From: Microbacterium sp.
Lineage (GTDB): Bacteria > Actinomycetota > Actinomycetes > Actinomycetales > Microbacteriaceae
DNA: 36,812 nt
Direction: 5' to 3'
Assembly (NCBI GenBank): GCA_032099965.1
Contig: DAMDKH010000004.1
Coordinates: 1-36,812, forward strand
Below are positions 17,647-26,983 of this stretch, piece after piece. The notes beneath the pieces are model-generated. The model ran no database searches. It saw only the letters and a program-made list of their open reading frames with translations, and had not been told where the DNA came from. Within the stretch, counting starts at the first letter, position 1, and each line of letters opens with the position of its first letter. Made by a program: the position numbers and the translations under genes.

Positions 17647-19464
17647 TTACTCTCCCTCGTCGTCGGTCTTCTTCTTCCGCGACTTCTTGACCGGCTCGGT
17701 GGCGATGACCGTGCTCGGCGTGTTCGGCGTCTCGTCGACGTGGTCCTCTGTGGCCACGAGCGGGGCATCCGGGAAGCCGGCGCGCTCGTGAGCACCCTGG
17801 ATCTCGGCCGTCTCCGTGGCGGCGTCCTGTTCGATCACGTGATGCTGGTGTGCATCCGCCGCGTCGATCTCAGCCTGCGTCAGCGGCGTGAGACGGTCCT
17901 CGAAGAACCAGCGCGAGAGCGACGAACGGAAGTTCTCGGTCCACGGGATGCGCCCCTTCGCGTTCGGACGCACCACGAGCGGCTCGTAACCGTCGACATC
18001 GATGAGCTTCCAACGGTCGTACTTGTCGACCGGCTGGTGCACCTCGATGAACTCGCCACCGGGGAGGCGAACGATGCGGCCCGACTCGAAGCCGTGCAGC
18101 ACGATCTCGCGGTCCTTCTTCTGCAGCGCGATGCAGATCCGCTTGGTGACGAAGTAGGAGAGGATCGGTCCGACGAACAGCAGCGCCTGGAGAGTGTGGA
18201 TCACGCCCTCCATCGTCAGCATGAAGTGCGTGGCGATGAGGTCCGACGAGGCGGCAGCCCAGAGCACCGCGTAGAAGACCACGCCGGCCACACCGATCGC
18301 GGTGCGCGTCGCGGCGTTGCGCGGACGCTGTGCGATGTGGTGCTCGCGCTTGTCTCCCGTGATCCACGCCTCGATGAAGGGGTAGATCGCGACGGCGACG
18401 ATGAACAGACCCAGAACGGCGACCGGCAGCAGGATGCCGAACGACCACGTGTGGTCGAGGAACACGACGTCCAGGTTCGACGGAGCGAGGCGCAGAGCGC
18501 CGTCCGCGAAGCCGATGTACCAGTCAGGCTGGGTACCGGCCGAGACGGGGGACGGGTCGTACGGGCCGTAGTTCCAGATCGGGTTGATCTGGAAGAACGT
18601 CGCGATCAGCACGATGGCGCCGAACACGATGAACAGGTAGCCACCCATCTTCGACATGTAGACGGGCATCATCGGGTAGCCCACGACGTTGTCGTTCGTG
18701 CGGCCGGGGCCCGCGAACTGCGTGTGCTTGTTGATGATCATGAGCATGAGGTGCAGCGCGATGAAGGCGATGACCATCATGGGCAGCAGCAGGATGTGCA
18801 GCGTGTACAGACGTCCGACGATGTCGGTTCCGGGGAACTCGCCGCCGAACAGCAGGAACGACGTCCACGTACCGATCAGGGGGAGACCCTTGATCATGCC
18901 GTCGATGATGCGCAGACCGTTGCCCGAGAGCAGGTCGTCGGGGAGCGAGTAGCCGGTGAAGCCCTCTGCCATCGCCAGGATGAACAGGACGAAGCCGATG
19001 ACCCAGTTGAGCTCACGGGGCTTGCGGAACGCGCCCGTGAAGAACACGCGGAGCATGTGCACGCCGATGCCGGCGATGAACACGAGCGCCGCCCAGTGGT
19101 GGATCTGGCGCACCAGCAGGCCACCGCGCAGGTCGAAGGAGATGTGCAGCGTCGACTCGAGGGCCGCCGACATCTCGATGCCGCGCATCGGGGCGTAGGC
19201 GCCGGTGTAGTGCGTCTCGACCATCGAGGCCTGGAAGAAGAACGTCAGGAAGGTTCCCGAGAGGAACACGACGACGAAGCTCCACAGCGCGATCTCGCCG
19301 AGCATGAACGACCAGTGGTCGGGGAAGATCTTGCGACCCAGCTCCTTGACCATGCCGGAGAGGCTCGTGCGCTCATCGATGTAGTTCGATGCGGCTCCGA
19401 CGAATCGTCCGCCCAGGGGCGCCTTGGTGTCTTTGTCCTCTTTGGACAGCGTTGCGGTGCTCAA
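17647..19464 (-). CDS. qcrB: Cytochrome bcc complex cytochrome b subunit
   Basis: FPDHWSFMLGE, RQIHHWAA, RKPRELNW, GYSLPDD and QPDWY. TTG start overlaps the qcrA stop. Confidence 0.96.
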   Translation of the reverse strand: MSTATLSKEDKDTKAPLGGRFVGAASNYIDERTSLSGMVKELGRKIFPDHWSFMLGEIALWSFVVVFLSGTFLTFFFQASMVETHYTGAYAPMRGIEMSAALESTLHISFDLRGGLLVRQIHHWAALVFIAGIGVHMLRVFFTGAFRKPRELNWVIGFVLFILAMAEGFTGYSLPDDLLSGNGLRIIDGMIKGLPLIGTWTSFLLFGGEFPGTDIVGRLYTLHILLLPMMVIAFIALHLMLMIINKHTQFAGPGRTNDNVVGYPMMPVYMSKMGGYLFIVFGAIVLIATFFQINPIWNYGPYDPSPVSAGTQPDWYIGFADGALRLAPSNLDVVFLDHTWSFGILLPVAVLGLFIVAVAIYPFIEAWITGDKREHHIAQRPRNAATRTAIGVAGVVFYAVLWAAASSDLIATHFMLTMEGVIHTLQALLFVGPILSYFVTKRICIALQKKDREIVLHGFESGRIVRLPGGEFIEVHQPVDKYDRWKLIDVDGYEPLVVRPNAKGRIPWTENFRSSLSRWFFEDRLTPLTQAEIDAADAHQHHVIEQDAATETAEIQGAHERAGFPDAPLVATEDHVDETPNTPSTVIATEPVKKSRKKKTDDEGE

Positions 19465-20537
19465 TGGCGCTCCCAGAAGCTCGGGCCGACGGGCTCGGTG
19501 AAGTCACTCCGCGCGATGAGGTAGCCCTCGTCGTCGACGGTGATGGGCAGCTGCGGCAGGGGACGCGCGGCCGGTCCGAAGATGACCTTGGCGTGATCCG
19601 TGACGTCGAACTGCGACTGGTGGCAGGGGCAGAGGAGGTGGTGCGTCTGCTGCTCGTACAGGGCGACGGGGCATCCGACGTGGGTGCAGACCTTCGAGTA
19701 CGCGACGATGCCGTCGTACGACCAGTCCTTGCGGTCCTCGGCCTCGGTGAGCTGCTCGGGACGCAGGCGCATCATCAGCACGATCGCCTTCGCCTTCTCC
19801 TCGAGGTAGCCGTCGTGGTGGCTCAGCTCGGCGAGGTCGGCGGGGATCACGTGGAAGGCAGAGCCGAGCGTGACGTCGGCGGCGCGGATCGGCGTGCCGT
19901 CCGGGTCGCGCACGAGGCGCATGCCCTCTTCCCACATCGTGTGCTTGAGGAGGTGCACCGGGTCGCCCGCGTGCGGGTCCTCCGGGGTGGCGTGCGGAGC
20001 GAGTCCGCGGAAGAGGGTGACTCCGGGGATGATCGAGGCGACGACCGCGGCGAACAGCGAGTTCCGGATCATGGTGCGGCGCCCGAAGCCGGACTCCTCG
20101 TTGGCGTCGGCGAAGACCTGGATGGCCGCCTCGCGGGTCGTGTCCCGACCGCGGGTCGGGTGACGCAACTCGACGTGCTCCTTGTCGGCCATGAGGGCCT
20201 TCGACCAGTGGATCGCTCCGATGCCCAGCGAGAGCAGGGCGAGGGCGATGCCGAGACCGATGAAGAGGTTGTTCTGCCGGATGTCGATGAGCGCGCCGCT
20301 CTCGATCGGGAAGAGCATGTAGGCCGCGACGGCCCAGATGCTGCCCGCGAGCGAGAGGTAGAACAGCGTGTAGACCGTGCGCACGGCCGTCTTCTCGGCG
20401 CGCGGGTCCTTGTCGGTCATCCGCTCACGGTGCGGCGGCAGGCCAGGGTTCTGCACGGGGTCGCTGACTGCGACACCCAGCCCCGGCGAGGGCTGGTAGG
20501 CCCTGTCGAGAGCCTTCGAGTCGTCGTCGTGTGCCAT
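19461..20537 (-). CDS. qcrA: Cytochrome bcc complex Rieske Fe-S subunit
   Basis: CTHVGC and CPCHQSQF Rieske boxes, internal twin-arginine FGRRTMIRNS, GPAARPLPQL. Confidence 0.96.
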   Translation of the reverse strand: MAHDDDSKALDRAYQPSPGLGVAVSDPVQNPGLPPHRERMTDKDPRAEKTAVRTVYTLFYLSLAGSIWAVAAYMLFPIESGALIDIRQNNLFIGLGIALALLSLGIGAIHWSKALMADKEHVELRHPTRGRDTTREAAIQVFADANEESGFGRRTMIRNSLFAAVVASIIPGVTLFRGLAPHATPEDPHAGDPVHLLKHTMWEEGMRLVRDPDGTPIRAADVTLGSAFHVIPADLAELSHHDGYLEEKAKAIVLMMRLRPEQLTEAEDRKDWSYDGIVAYSKVCTHVGCPVALYEQQTHHLLCPCHQSQFDVTDHAKVIFGPAARPLPQLPITVDDEGYLIARSDFTEPVGPSFWERH

Positions 20538-20573
20538 GGTGCTCCTCGTACGTTCCTCTTCGATGAATATGCG

Positions 20574-21374
20574 TCAGTTGGACTTCGCCGTGATCCACAC
20601 GGTCACGGCGACGAGCGCGCCGATGCCGAAGATCCATGCGAACAGGCCCTCGGAGACGGGGCCGAGGGAGCCGAGCGAGAAGCCGCCGGGCTGAACGGAC
20701 TGCTGCTGGAAGAGCAGTGCGGAGATGATGTCGCGCTTGTCTTCGTCCGACAGGTTCATGTCACCGAAGACGGGCATGTTCTGGGGACCGGTGACCATGG
20801 CGGCGTACATGTGCAGAGCGCTGGTCTCGGTGAGCGCCGGGGCGTACTTGCCCTCGGTCAGCGCACCGCCGGCCGCGGCGACGTTGTGGCACATGGCGCA
20901 GTTCACGCGGAAGAGCTCCGCTCCGTGGGAGACGTCGCCCTCGCCGTCGAGGATGCGCTCCTCGGGGAAGGTGGGGCCGGGCGCCTCTTCCTGCACATAC
21001 TCCGCCATCGCGAGGATCTGCTCGTGCGTGAACTGCGGCTCCTTCTGTGGAGCCTGCGGGCCCTGCGCCTGGAGCGGCATACGACCGGTCGAGACCTGGA
21101 ACTCGACGGCGAGCTCACCGACGCCGTAGAGGCTCGGTCCGTTCGGCGTGCCCTGCAGGTCGAGTCCGTGACAGGTCGCGCAGTTGGCCTGGAACAGCTT
21201 CTGGCCGTCTTCGACCGTCAGCTCGGTGGCTGCCGTCGGGGTGTCCGTGGCGGCGAAGGCCGCGGACGCTCCGGCATAGACCGCGCCGGTGATCATGAGT
21301 CCTGCTCCGATGAGGGCCGCGGCAGCCAGGGGGCTGCGGCGACCGCCAGAACGGCGCTTCTTCTCTCGTGCCAT
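20574..21374 (-). CDS. qcrC: Cytochrome bcc complex diheme cytochrome c subunit
   Basis: Two heme motifs, CATCH and CAMCH, plus TGRMP, TGPQNMP and GPVSEG. Confidence 0.95.
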   Translation of the reverse strand: MAREKKRRSGGRRSPLAAAALIGAGLMITGAVYAGASAAFAATDTPTAATELTVEDGQKLFQANCATCHGLDLQGTPNGPSLYGVGELAVEFQVSTGRMPLQAQGPQAPQKEPQFTHEQILAMAEYVQEEAPGPTFPEERILDGEGDVSHGAELFRVNCAMCHNVAAAGGALTEGKYAPALTETSALHMYAAMVTGPQNMPVFGDMNLSDEDKRDIISALLFQQQSVQPGGFSLGSLGPVSEGLFAWIFGIGALVAVTVWITAKSN

Positions 21375-21394
21375 CTCGGGGATCAGCTCCGCTC

Positions 21395-22048
21395 TTATTT
21401 CAGGAAGTAGATAACGAAGAACAGCACGATCCAGACGACGTCGACGAAGTGCCAGTAGTAGGACACCACGATCGAGGAGGTCGCCTCCTTGTGCCGGAAG
21501 TTCTTGACGGCGTATGCGCGCCCGATCACGAGCAGGAACGCGATGAGTCCGCCGGTGACGTGCAGGGCGTGGAAGCCGGTGGTCAGGTAGAACGCGGATG
21601 CGTAGGCGTCGGCCTGGATCGGCATGCCCTCGGCCACGAGCTGGGCGTACTCCCAGACCTGACCGGAGACGAAGACGGCGCCGAGAGCGAAGGTGAGGAA
21701 GAACCACTCGACCATTCCCCAGCCGAAGAGGCGGCGGCGGCCGGCCGCGTTCTTGAGCCCCTTGGCGATGCGATACGGCTGCAGGTCCTCCGCGGCGAAT
21801 ACGCCCATCTGGCACGTGAACGAGGAGAGGACCAGGACCGCCGTGTTGACGGCCGCGAACGGCACGTTGAGGAGGTCGGTGCGGTCGGCCCACAGCTCCG
21901 GGGAGGTGCTGCGGAGGGTGAAGTAGATCGCGAAGAGTCCCGCGAAGAACATCACCTCACTGCCGAGCCACACAATGGTGCCGACAGCTACCGGGTTGGG
22001 CCGCTTGATGGTTCTCGCCGCCGGGGCATACGTCGCTGAGGTCGTCAC
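21395..22048 (-). CDS. ctaE: Cytochrome aa3 oxidase subunit III
   Basis: [43 protein letters not shown] -10 CATAAT lies 6 nt before GTG 22048. Confidence 0.95.
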   Translation of the reverse strand: MTTSATYAPAARTIKRPNPVAVGTIVWLGSEVMFFAGLFAIYFTLRSTSPELWADRTDLLNVPFAAVNTAVLVLSSFTCQMGVFAAEDLQPYRIAKGLKNAAGRRRLFGWGMVEWFFLTFALGAVFVSGQVWEYAQLVAEGMPIQADAYASAFYLTTGFHALHVTGGLIAFLLVIGRAYAVKNFRHKEATSSIVVSYYWHFVDVVWIVLFFVIYFLK

Positions 22049-22115
22049 CGTTCCATTATGGCCGATGCGGGAGGGTGATTCTCGCACTGGCGGGGTCCGT
22101 TTCGCCGAGCTATCA

Positions 22116-22131
22116 CTTAGGCGAGCCTAAG
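22116..22131. promoter_or_regulatory. Palindromic operator resembling a DtxR/IdeR box between ctaE and trpD
   Basis: CTTAGGC-GA-GCCTAAG with perfect 7-bp arms. The core TTAGGCGAGCCTAA resembles the DtxR/IdeR core TTAGGTTAGCCTAA. Confidence 0.6.
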
Positions 22132-22239
22132 AAGTCGCTGCGAATCGACGGTGAATCCGCAGGAAACCGCGGGTGGTGAGGGAATCGACCGCCTGCGTCA
22201 TCGACCTGCACGTTTTCCCGGCGCCGATAGGATCGCCAC

Positions 22240-23304
22240 ATGGCTGATTCCCTGACCTGGTCCGATGTGCTCACCACTCTGCTGGAGCGCCGCGACCTCA
22301 GCGTCTGGGAGTCGACGTGGGCGATGCGCCGCATCATGCGCGGAGAGGTCTCGGAGGCGCAGCTGGCCGGCTTCCTCATCGCCCTGCGCGCGAAGGGAGA
22401 GACGATCGACGAGATCGTCGGCTTCCGCGATGCCATCCTCGAGGCGGCCGTCCCCCTGCCGGTGTCACCGGATGTGCTCGACATCGTGGGCACCGGAGGG
22501 GACAGGGTCGGCACCGTGAACGTGTCGACGACGGCGGCCGTGATCATCGGCGCGACCGGCATCCCCGTCGTCAAGCACGGCAATCGCGCCGCGAGCTCCG
22601 CCTCGGGTTCGTCGGACGTGCTGGGGGCGCTCGGACTCGAACTCTCGCTCGACCCCGCGGCCGTCGCCTCGATCCTCGACCGCACGGGCATCACCTTCGC
22701 GTGGGCGGGGGCGTTCCACCCGGGCTTCAAGCACGCGGGCGCCGTGCGGTCGCAGCTCGGTGTACCCACCGTCTTCAACATGCTCGGCCCGCTCTGCAAT
22801 CCGGCGCGCGCCGAGGCGAACGCCGTCGGGGTAGCGCAGCTCGAACGCGTGCCCCTCATCACCGGCGTCTTCCGCACCCGTGGAGCGACGGCTCTCGTCT
22901 TCCGCGGAGACGACGGACTGGACGAACTCACCACCACCGGGCACAGCCGGATCTGGGAGGTCACCCGCGGCGACGTGCACGAGCACGATCTCGACCCCCG
23001 TGATCTCGGCATCCCCCTCGCCGATCTCGATGATCTGATCGGGGGCTCGCCCGAGCACAACGCCGACGTGCTCCGACGGACGCTCTCCGGCGAGACCGGC
23101 GCCGTCCGCGACATCGTGCTGCTCAACGCGGCGGCCGGCATCGTCGCGTACGAACTCTCTCAGGATGCGGCTCAGGTGCAGTATCCGATCCTCGAGCGGC
23201 TGCGGAGCGGATACGAGCGGGCCGCGGCGGCGATCGACGACGGACGTGCGTCGGCGAAGCTCGACGAGTGGATCGGCACCAGCCGGGAGCTCTCGGGAAG
23301 CTGA
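22240..23304 (+). CDS. trpD: Anthranilate phosphoribosyltransferase
   Basis: DIVGTGGD, NVSTT, KHGNRAASSASGSSDVL, TVFNMLGPL, DGLDELT. A -10 TAGGAT lies 6 nt before the ATG. Confidence 0.96.
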   Translation: MADSLTWSDVLTTLLERRDLSVWESTWAMRRIMRGEVSEAQLAGFLIALRAKGETIDEIVGFRDAILEAAVPLPVSPDVLDIVGTGGDRVGTVNVSTTAAVIIGATGIPVVKHGNRAASSASGSSDVLGALGLELSLDPAAVASILDRTGITFAWAGAFHPGFKHAGAVRSQLGVPTVFNMLGPLCNPARAEANAVGVAQLERVPLITGVFRTRGATALVFRGDDGLDELTTTGHSRIWEVTRGDVHEHDLDPRDLGIPLADLDDLIGGSPEHNADVLRRTLSGETGAVRDIVLLNAAAGIVAYELSQDAAQVQYPILERLRSGYERAAAAIDDGRASAKLDEWIGTSRELSGS

Positions 23305-23310
23305 GGCGTC

Positions 23311-24297
23311 ATGGAACCCGAAGAAGCGCTCCTGGAGATCGCCTCCCTCCTCGAGAGGGAGCGGGCATCGCGCTATCGCGCCAAGGCGTTCCGGCAGGCG
23401 GCGGCCACGTACCGTGACCTCCCGGAGGAGGTACGCGCCGACCCCACGGCACTCCGAGTGAGTAAGGGCATCGGCGCATCCACCTTCGGGGTGATCCGGG
23501 AGGCGCAGGACGGAGCGGTGCCGGCGTACCTCGTGGAGCTGCGGGGCGAGGTGGAGCCGCAGCGCGTCTCCGCCCTGCGGGCGCGGCTGCGCGGCGACCT
23601 GCACGCGCACACCGAGTGGTCGGACGGGACGACCTCGATCGCCGACATGGCGGCCGCGGCGCGAGCCCAGGGGCACGAGTATCAGGCGATCACCGATCAC
23701 TCCCCACGGCTGCGCGTGGCACGCGGATTGTCCCCCGAGCGTCTACGGGAGCAGATCCCCCTCGTGCGGGCGGAGTCGGGTGACGGATTCACGCTGCTCG
23801 CGGGCATCGAGGTCGACATCCTCGAGGACGGCGCCCTCGATCAGGAGGATGCCCTGCTCGGCGAACTCGACATCGTGGTGGCGTCCGTGCATTCGAAGCT
23901 GCGCATGGACGCACGCTCGATGACGCGACGCATGCTGCGTGCCGTTCGCGACCCGCGCGTGGATGTGCTCGGGCACTGCACCGGCCGTCTCGTGCAGGGG
24001 GAGCGCGGCACGCGGCCCTCGTCGGAGTTCGATGCGGCGGCGGTCTTCGCGGCGTGCGCGGAGAACGGCGTTGCGGTGGAGATCAATTCGCGCCCTGAGC
24101 GGCAGGATCCGCCGGACGAACTCATCGCGATCGCTCTCGAAGCCGGTTGCCTCTTCTCGATCGACTCCGACGCCCACGCGCCGGGGCAGCTCTCCCTGCT
24201 CGACCACGGCGCGGAGCGCGCCGAGCGGGCGGGTGTCCCCGCGTCGCGCATCGTCACGACCTGGGGGCTCGAGCGGCTCCTCGCCTGGGCGGAGTGA
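23311..24297 (+). CDS. PHP-domain phosphoesterase with N-terminal PolX-type helix-hairpin-helix domain and no polymerase core
   Basis: N-terminal YRAKAFRQAA...KGIGAST is followed directly by PHP motifs GDLHAHTEWSDG, ITDHS, GIEVDI, SVHS, LGH, EINS and DSDAH. Confidence 0.85.
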   Translation: MEPEEALLEIASLLERERASRYRAKAFRQAAATYRDLPEEVRADPTALRVSKGIGASTFGVIREAQDGAVPAYLVELRGEVEPQRVSALRARLRGDLHAHTEWSDGTTSIADMAAAARAQGHEYQAITDHSPRLRVARGLSPERLREQIPLVRAESGDGFTLLAGIEVDILEDGALDQEDALLGELDIVVASVHSKLRMDARSMTRRMLRAVRDPRVDVLGHCTGRLVQGERGTRPSSEFDAAAVFAACAENGVAVEINSRPERQDPPDELIAIALEAGCLFSIDSDAHAPGQLSLLDHGAERAERAGVPASRIVTTWGLERLLAWAE

Positions 24298-24304
24298 CGG
24301 CCCG

Positions 24305-25243
24305 TCAGCTCCGAGTGGCGGACGCCTTCTCGATCGCCGTGAGCGCACGCTCCATCGACGAGGAGAGGTTCCAGCGCTCAGCGAGCGCGGTAGCCGCGGC
24401 CCTGGCGTCGGCGTCCGGCGCATGCAGGGGCGTGCCCGGCGCGGTGATGTCGAGGTCCGTCGCGACGGCCACGACGGTCGGAGCGACGTCGAGGTAGGCG
24501 GCGGCCGCCAGGATCTTCGCCCGCACCCCGGCGCTCATGCCCTCGCCGGCATCCGCGGCGGTGCGAATGCCCTCGAGGTCTCCGTGGGCGTGCAACAAGG
24601 CGGCGGCCGTCTTCTCCCCGACCCCCGCCACGCCGGGGAGACCGTCGGAGGCGTCGCCGCGCATCGTCGCGAAATCGGCGTACTGGCCGGGCAGCACGCC
24701 GTACTTCGCGACGACGGTGGCGTCGGTGACGATCTCGAGGTTGCTCATCCCGCGGGCGGTGTACACCACCCGCACGTCGCGGTCGTCGTCGACGAGCTGG
24801 AAGAGGTCGCGGTCCCCGGTGACGATGTCGACCGGAACGGTGGAGCGCGTGGCCAGGGTGCCGATCACGTCGTCGGCCTCGTGCGCGGCGACGCCGATCA
24901 CCGGGATGTCGAGGGCGGCGAGTGTCTCGCGGATGAGCGGGATCTGGGCCTCGAGCGGGTCCGGGACCTCTTCGACGTCGGGGGCGCCCTCGACGACCTG
25001 GACGACGCGATGCGTCTTGTAGCTCGGGATGAGGTCGACGCGCCACTGCGGGCGCCAGTCCTCGTCCCAGCACGCGATGACCTGTGTCGGCTCGTACAGC
25101 GTGATCAGCTTCGCGATCATGTCGAGCAGTCCGCGGGCGGCATTGATGGGGGATCCGTCGGGTGCCGTCACCTTGTCCGGCACTCCGTAGAACGCGCGGA
25201 AGTAGAGGCTGGCGGTGTCGAGCAGCATGAGGCGTCCGGTCAC
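24305..25243 (-). CDS. Stand-alone 5'-3' exonuclease / flap endonuclease (mycobacterial FenA/Rv2090-like)
   Basis: LLDTASLYFRAFYG, WDEDWRP, YKTHR, EADDVIG, TGDRDLFQL, GDASDGLPGVAGVGEKTA. GTG start at 25243 is inferred from promoter spacing. Confidence 0.9.
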   Translation of the reverse strand: MTGRLMLLDTASLYFRAFYGVPDKVTAPDGSPINAARGLLDMIAKLITLYEPTQVIACWDEDWRPQWRVDLIPSYKTHRVVQVVEGAPDVEEVPDPLEAQIPLIRETLAALDIPVIGVAAHEADDVIGTLATRSTVPVDIVTGDRDLFQLVDDDRDVRVVYTARGMSNLEIVTDATVVAKYGVLPGQYADFATMRGDASDGLPGVAGVGEKTAAALLHAHGDLEGIRTAADAGEGMSAGVRAKILAAAAYLDVAPTVVAVATDLDITAPGTPLHAPDADARAAATALAERWNLSSSMERALTAIEKASATRS

Positions 25244-25249
25244 GGAGAC

Positions 25250-25271
25250 AGTCTCGCACGCGCCTCCGACA
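25250..25271 (-). promoter_or_regulatory. PafBC/RecA-NDp-like promoter, leaderless, for the 5'-3' exonuclease
   Basis: Minus strand TGTCGG(25271-25266)-N10-GAGACT(25255-25250)-6 nt-GTG(25243). Confidence 0.6.
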
Positions 25272-25449
25272 GGACGGGGAGTGGCGGTTTCGTCGCCGGT
25301 CGGCTTCTGATAGCCTGAACTGTCACTCGTGGCGTGCTCCCGCATGCTGTCGTGGTGATTCACTCAATCCATCTGCTGCGGAGAAACCGTCCGGCCTGCG
25401 CCGGTCGCTCGAGCGGCCCGAGTTCCCATTCACAAGGACAACCCACTAC

Positions 25450-26904
25450 ATGACTACCGCAACGACCGCCCCGGCCACCAAGCAGGTCGCCATCAACGAC
25501 ATCGGATCTGCTGAGGACTTCCTGGCCGCGGTCGAGAAGACCCTGAAGTTCTTCAACGATGGAGACATCATCGAGGGCACGATCGTCAAGATCGACCGCG
25601 ACGAGGTCCTCCTCGACGTGGGCTACAAGACCGAGGGTGTCATCCCCTCGCGTGAGCTCTCCATCAAGCACGACGTCGACCCCAACGAGGTCGTCGCCGT
25701 CGGCGACCAGGTCGAGGCCCTCGTCCTCCAGAAGGAAGACAAGGAAGGCCGCCTGATCCTCTCCAAGAAGCGTGCGCAGTACGAGCGCGCCTGGGGAGAC
25801 GTCGAGAAGATCAAGGAGAACGACGGCGTCGTCACCGGCACCGTCATCGAGGTCGTCAAGGGTGGCCTCATCGTCGACATCGGCCTCCGCGGCTTCCTGC
25901 CCGCGTCGCTCATCGAGCTGCGCCGCGTCCGCGACCTCACGCCGTACCTCGGCCAGGAGATCGAGGCGAAGATCCTCGAGCTCGACAAGAACCGCAACAA
26001 CGTCGTCCTGAGCCGCCGTGCGCTGCTCGAGCAGACGCAGTCGGAGTCGCGCACCACCTTCCTGAACAACCTCCACAAGGGTCAGGTCCGCAAGGGTGTC
26101 GTCTCGTCGATCGTCAACTTCGGTGCGTTCGTCGACCTGGGCGGCGTGGACGGTCTCGTGCACGTCTCCGAGCTGTCCTGGAAGCACATCGAGCACGCCT
26201 CCGAGGTCGTCGAGGTGGGCCAGGAGGTCACCGTCGAGATCCTCGAGGTCGACCTCGACCGCGAGCGCGTCTCCCTGTCGCTCAAGGCGACGCAGGAGGA
26301 CCCGTGGCAGGTCTTCGCCCGGACCCACGCGATCGGTCAGGTCACGCCGGGTAAGGTCACCAAGCTCGTCCCGTTCGGCGCGTTCGTGCGCGTCGCAGAC
26401 GGCATCGAGGGCCTCGTCCACATCTCCGAGCTCTCCAGCAAGCACGTCGAGCTGGCCGAGCAGGTCGTCTCCGTCGGCGAGGAGGTGTTCGTCAAGGTCA
26501 TCGACATCGACCTCGAGCGCCGCCGCATCTCGCTGTCGCTGAAGCAGGCCAACGAGTCCGTCGACCCCAACGGCACCGAGTTCGACCCGGCGCTCTACGG
26601 CATGGTCGCCGAGTACGACGAGAACGGCGAGTACAAGTACCCGGAGGGCTTCGACGCCGAGACCGGTGCGTGGAAGGAAGGCTTCGACGCTCAGCGCGAG
26701 GCATGGGAGCAGGAGTACGCTGCGGCCCAGGCTCGCTGGGAGGCGCACAAGGCTCAGGTCACCAAGGCGGCCGAGGCCGAGGCTGCGGCCGGAGACGACT
26801 TCGGCGGCCAGTCGTTCTCGAGCGAGTCGGCCGGCGCCGGCACGCTCGCCGACGACGAGGCTCTCGCCGCTCTGCGCGAGAAGCTGTCGGGCGGAAACGC
26901 GTAA
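25450..26904 (+). CDS. rpsA: 30S ribosomal protein S1
   Basis: QVAINDIGSAEDFLAAV, four S1 repeats (DVGYKTEG, RGFLPAS, DGLVHVSELSW, EGLVHISEL) and C-terminal LAALREKL. Confidence 0.98.
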   Translation: MTTATTAPATKQVAINDIGSAEDFLAAVEKTLKFFNDGDIIEGTIVKIDRDEVLLDVGYKTEGVIPSRELSIKHDVDPNEVVAVGDQVEALVLQKEDKEGRLILSKKRAQYERAWGDVEKIKENDGVVTGTVIEVVKGGLIVDIGLRGFLPASLIELRRVRDLTPYLGQEIEAKILELDKNRNNVVLSRRALLEQTQSESRTTFLNNLHKGQVRKGVVSSIVNFGAFVDLGGVDGLVHVSELSWKHIEHASEVVEVGQEVTVEILEVDLDRERVSLSLKATQEDPWQVFARTHAIGQVTPGKVTKLVPFGAFVRVADGIEGLVHISELSSKHVELAEQVVSVGEEVFVKVIDIDLERRRISLSLKQANESVDPNGTEFDPALYGMVAEYDENGEYKYPEGFDAETGAWKEGFDAQREAWEQEYAAAQARWEAHKAQVTKAAEAEAAAGDDFGGQSFSSESAGAGTLADDEALAALREKLSGGNA

Positions 26905-26918
26905 GCATCCGACGCTGT

Positions 26919-26961
26919 CGGAACGGGTCGTCACCTTCGGGTGGCGGCCCGTTCCGCGTTT
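26919..26961 (+). terminator. Intrinsic terminator after rpsA (cUUCGg-capped hairpin)
   Basis: CGGAACGGGTCGTCACC-TTCG-GGTGGCGGCCCGTTCCG followed by CGTTT. Confidence 0.8.
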
Positions 26962-26983
26962 CCGGACATGGGAGGATGGCGCT

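Noticed and set aside
26916..26937. TGTCGG-N10-CACCTT upstream of coaE, resembling the damage promoter
   Set aside because: It lies inside the rpsA terminator stem, has a poor -10, and has no start codon at leaderless spacing. coaE has its own GGAGG/GAGGAT element.
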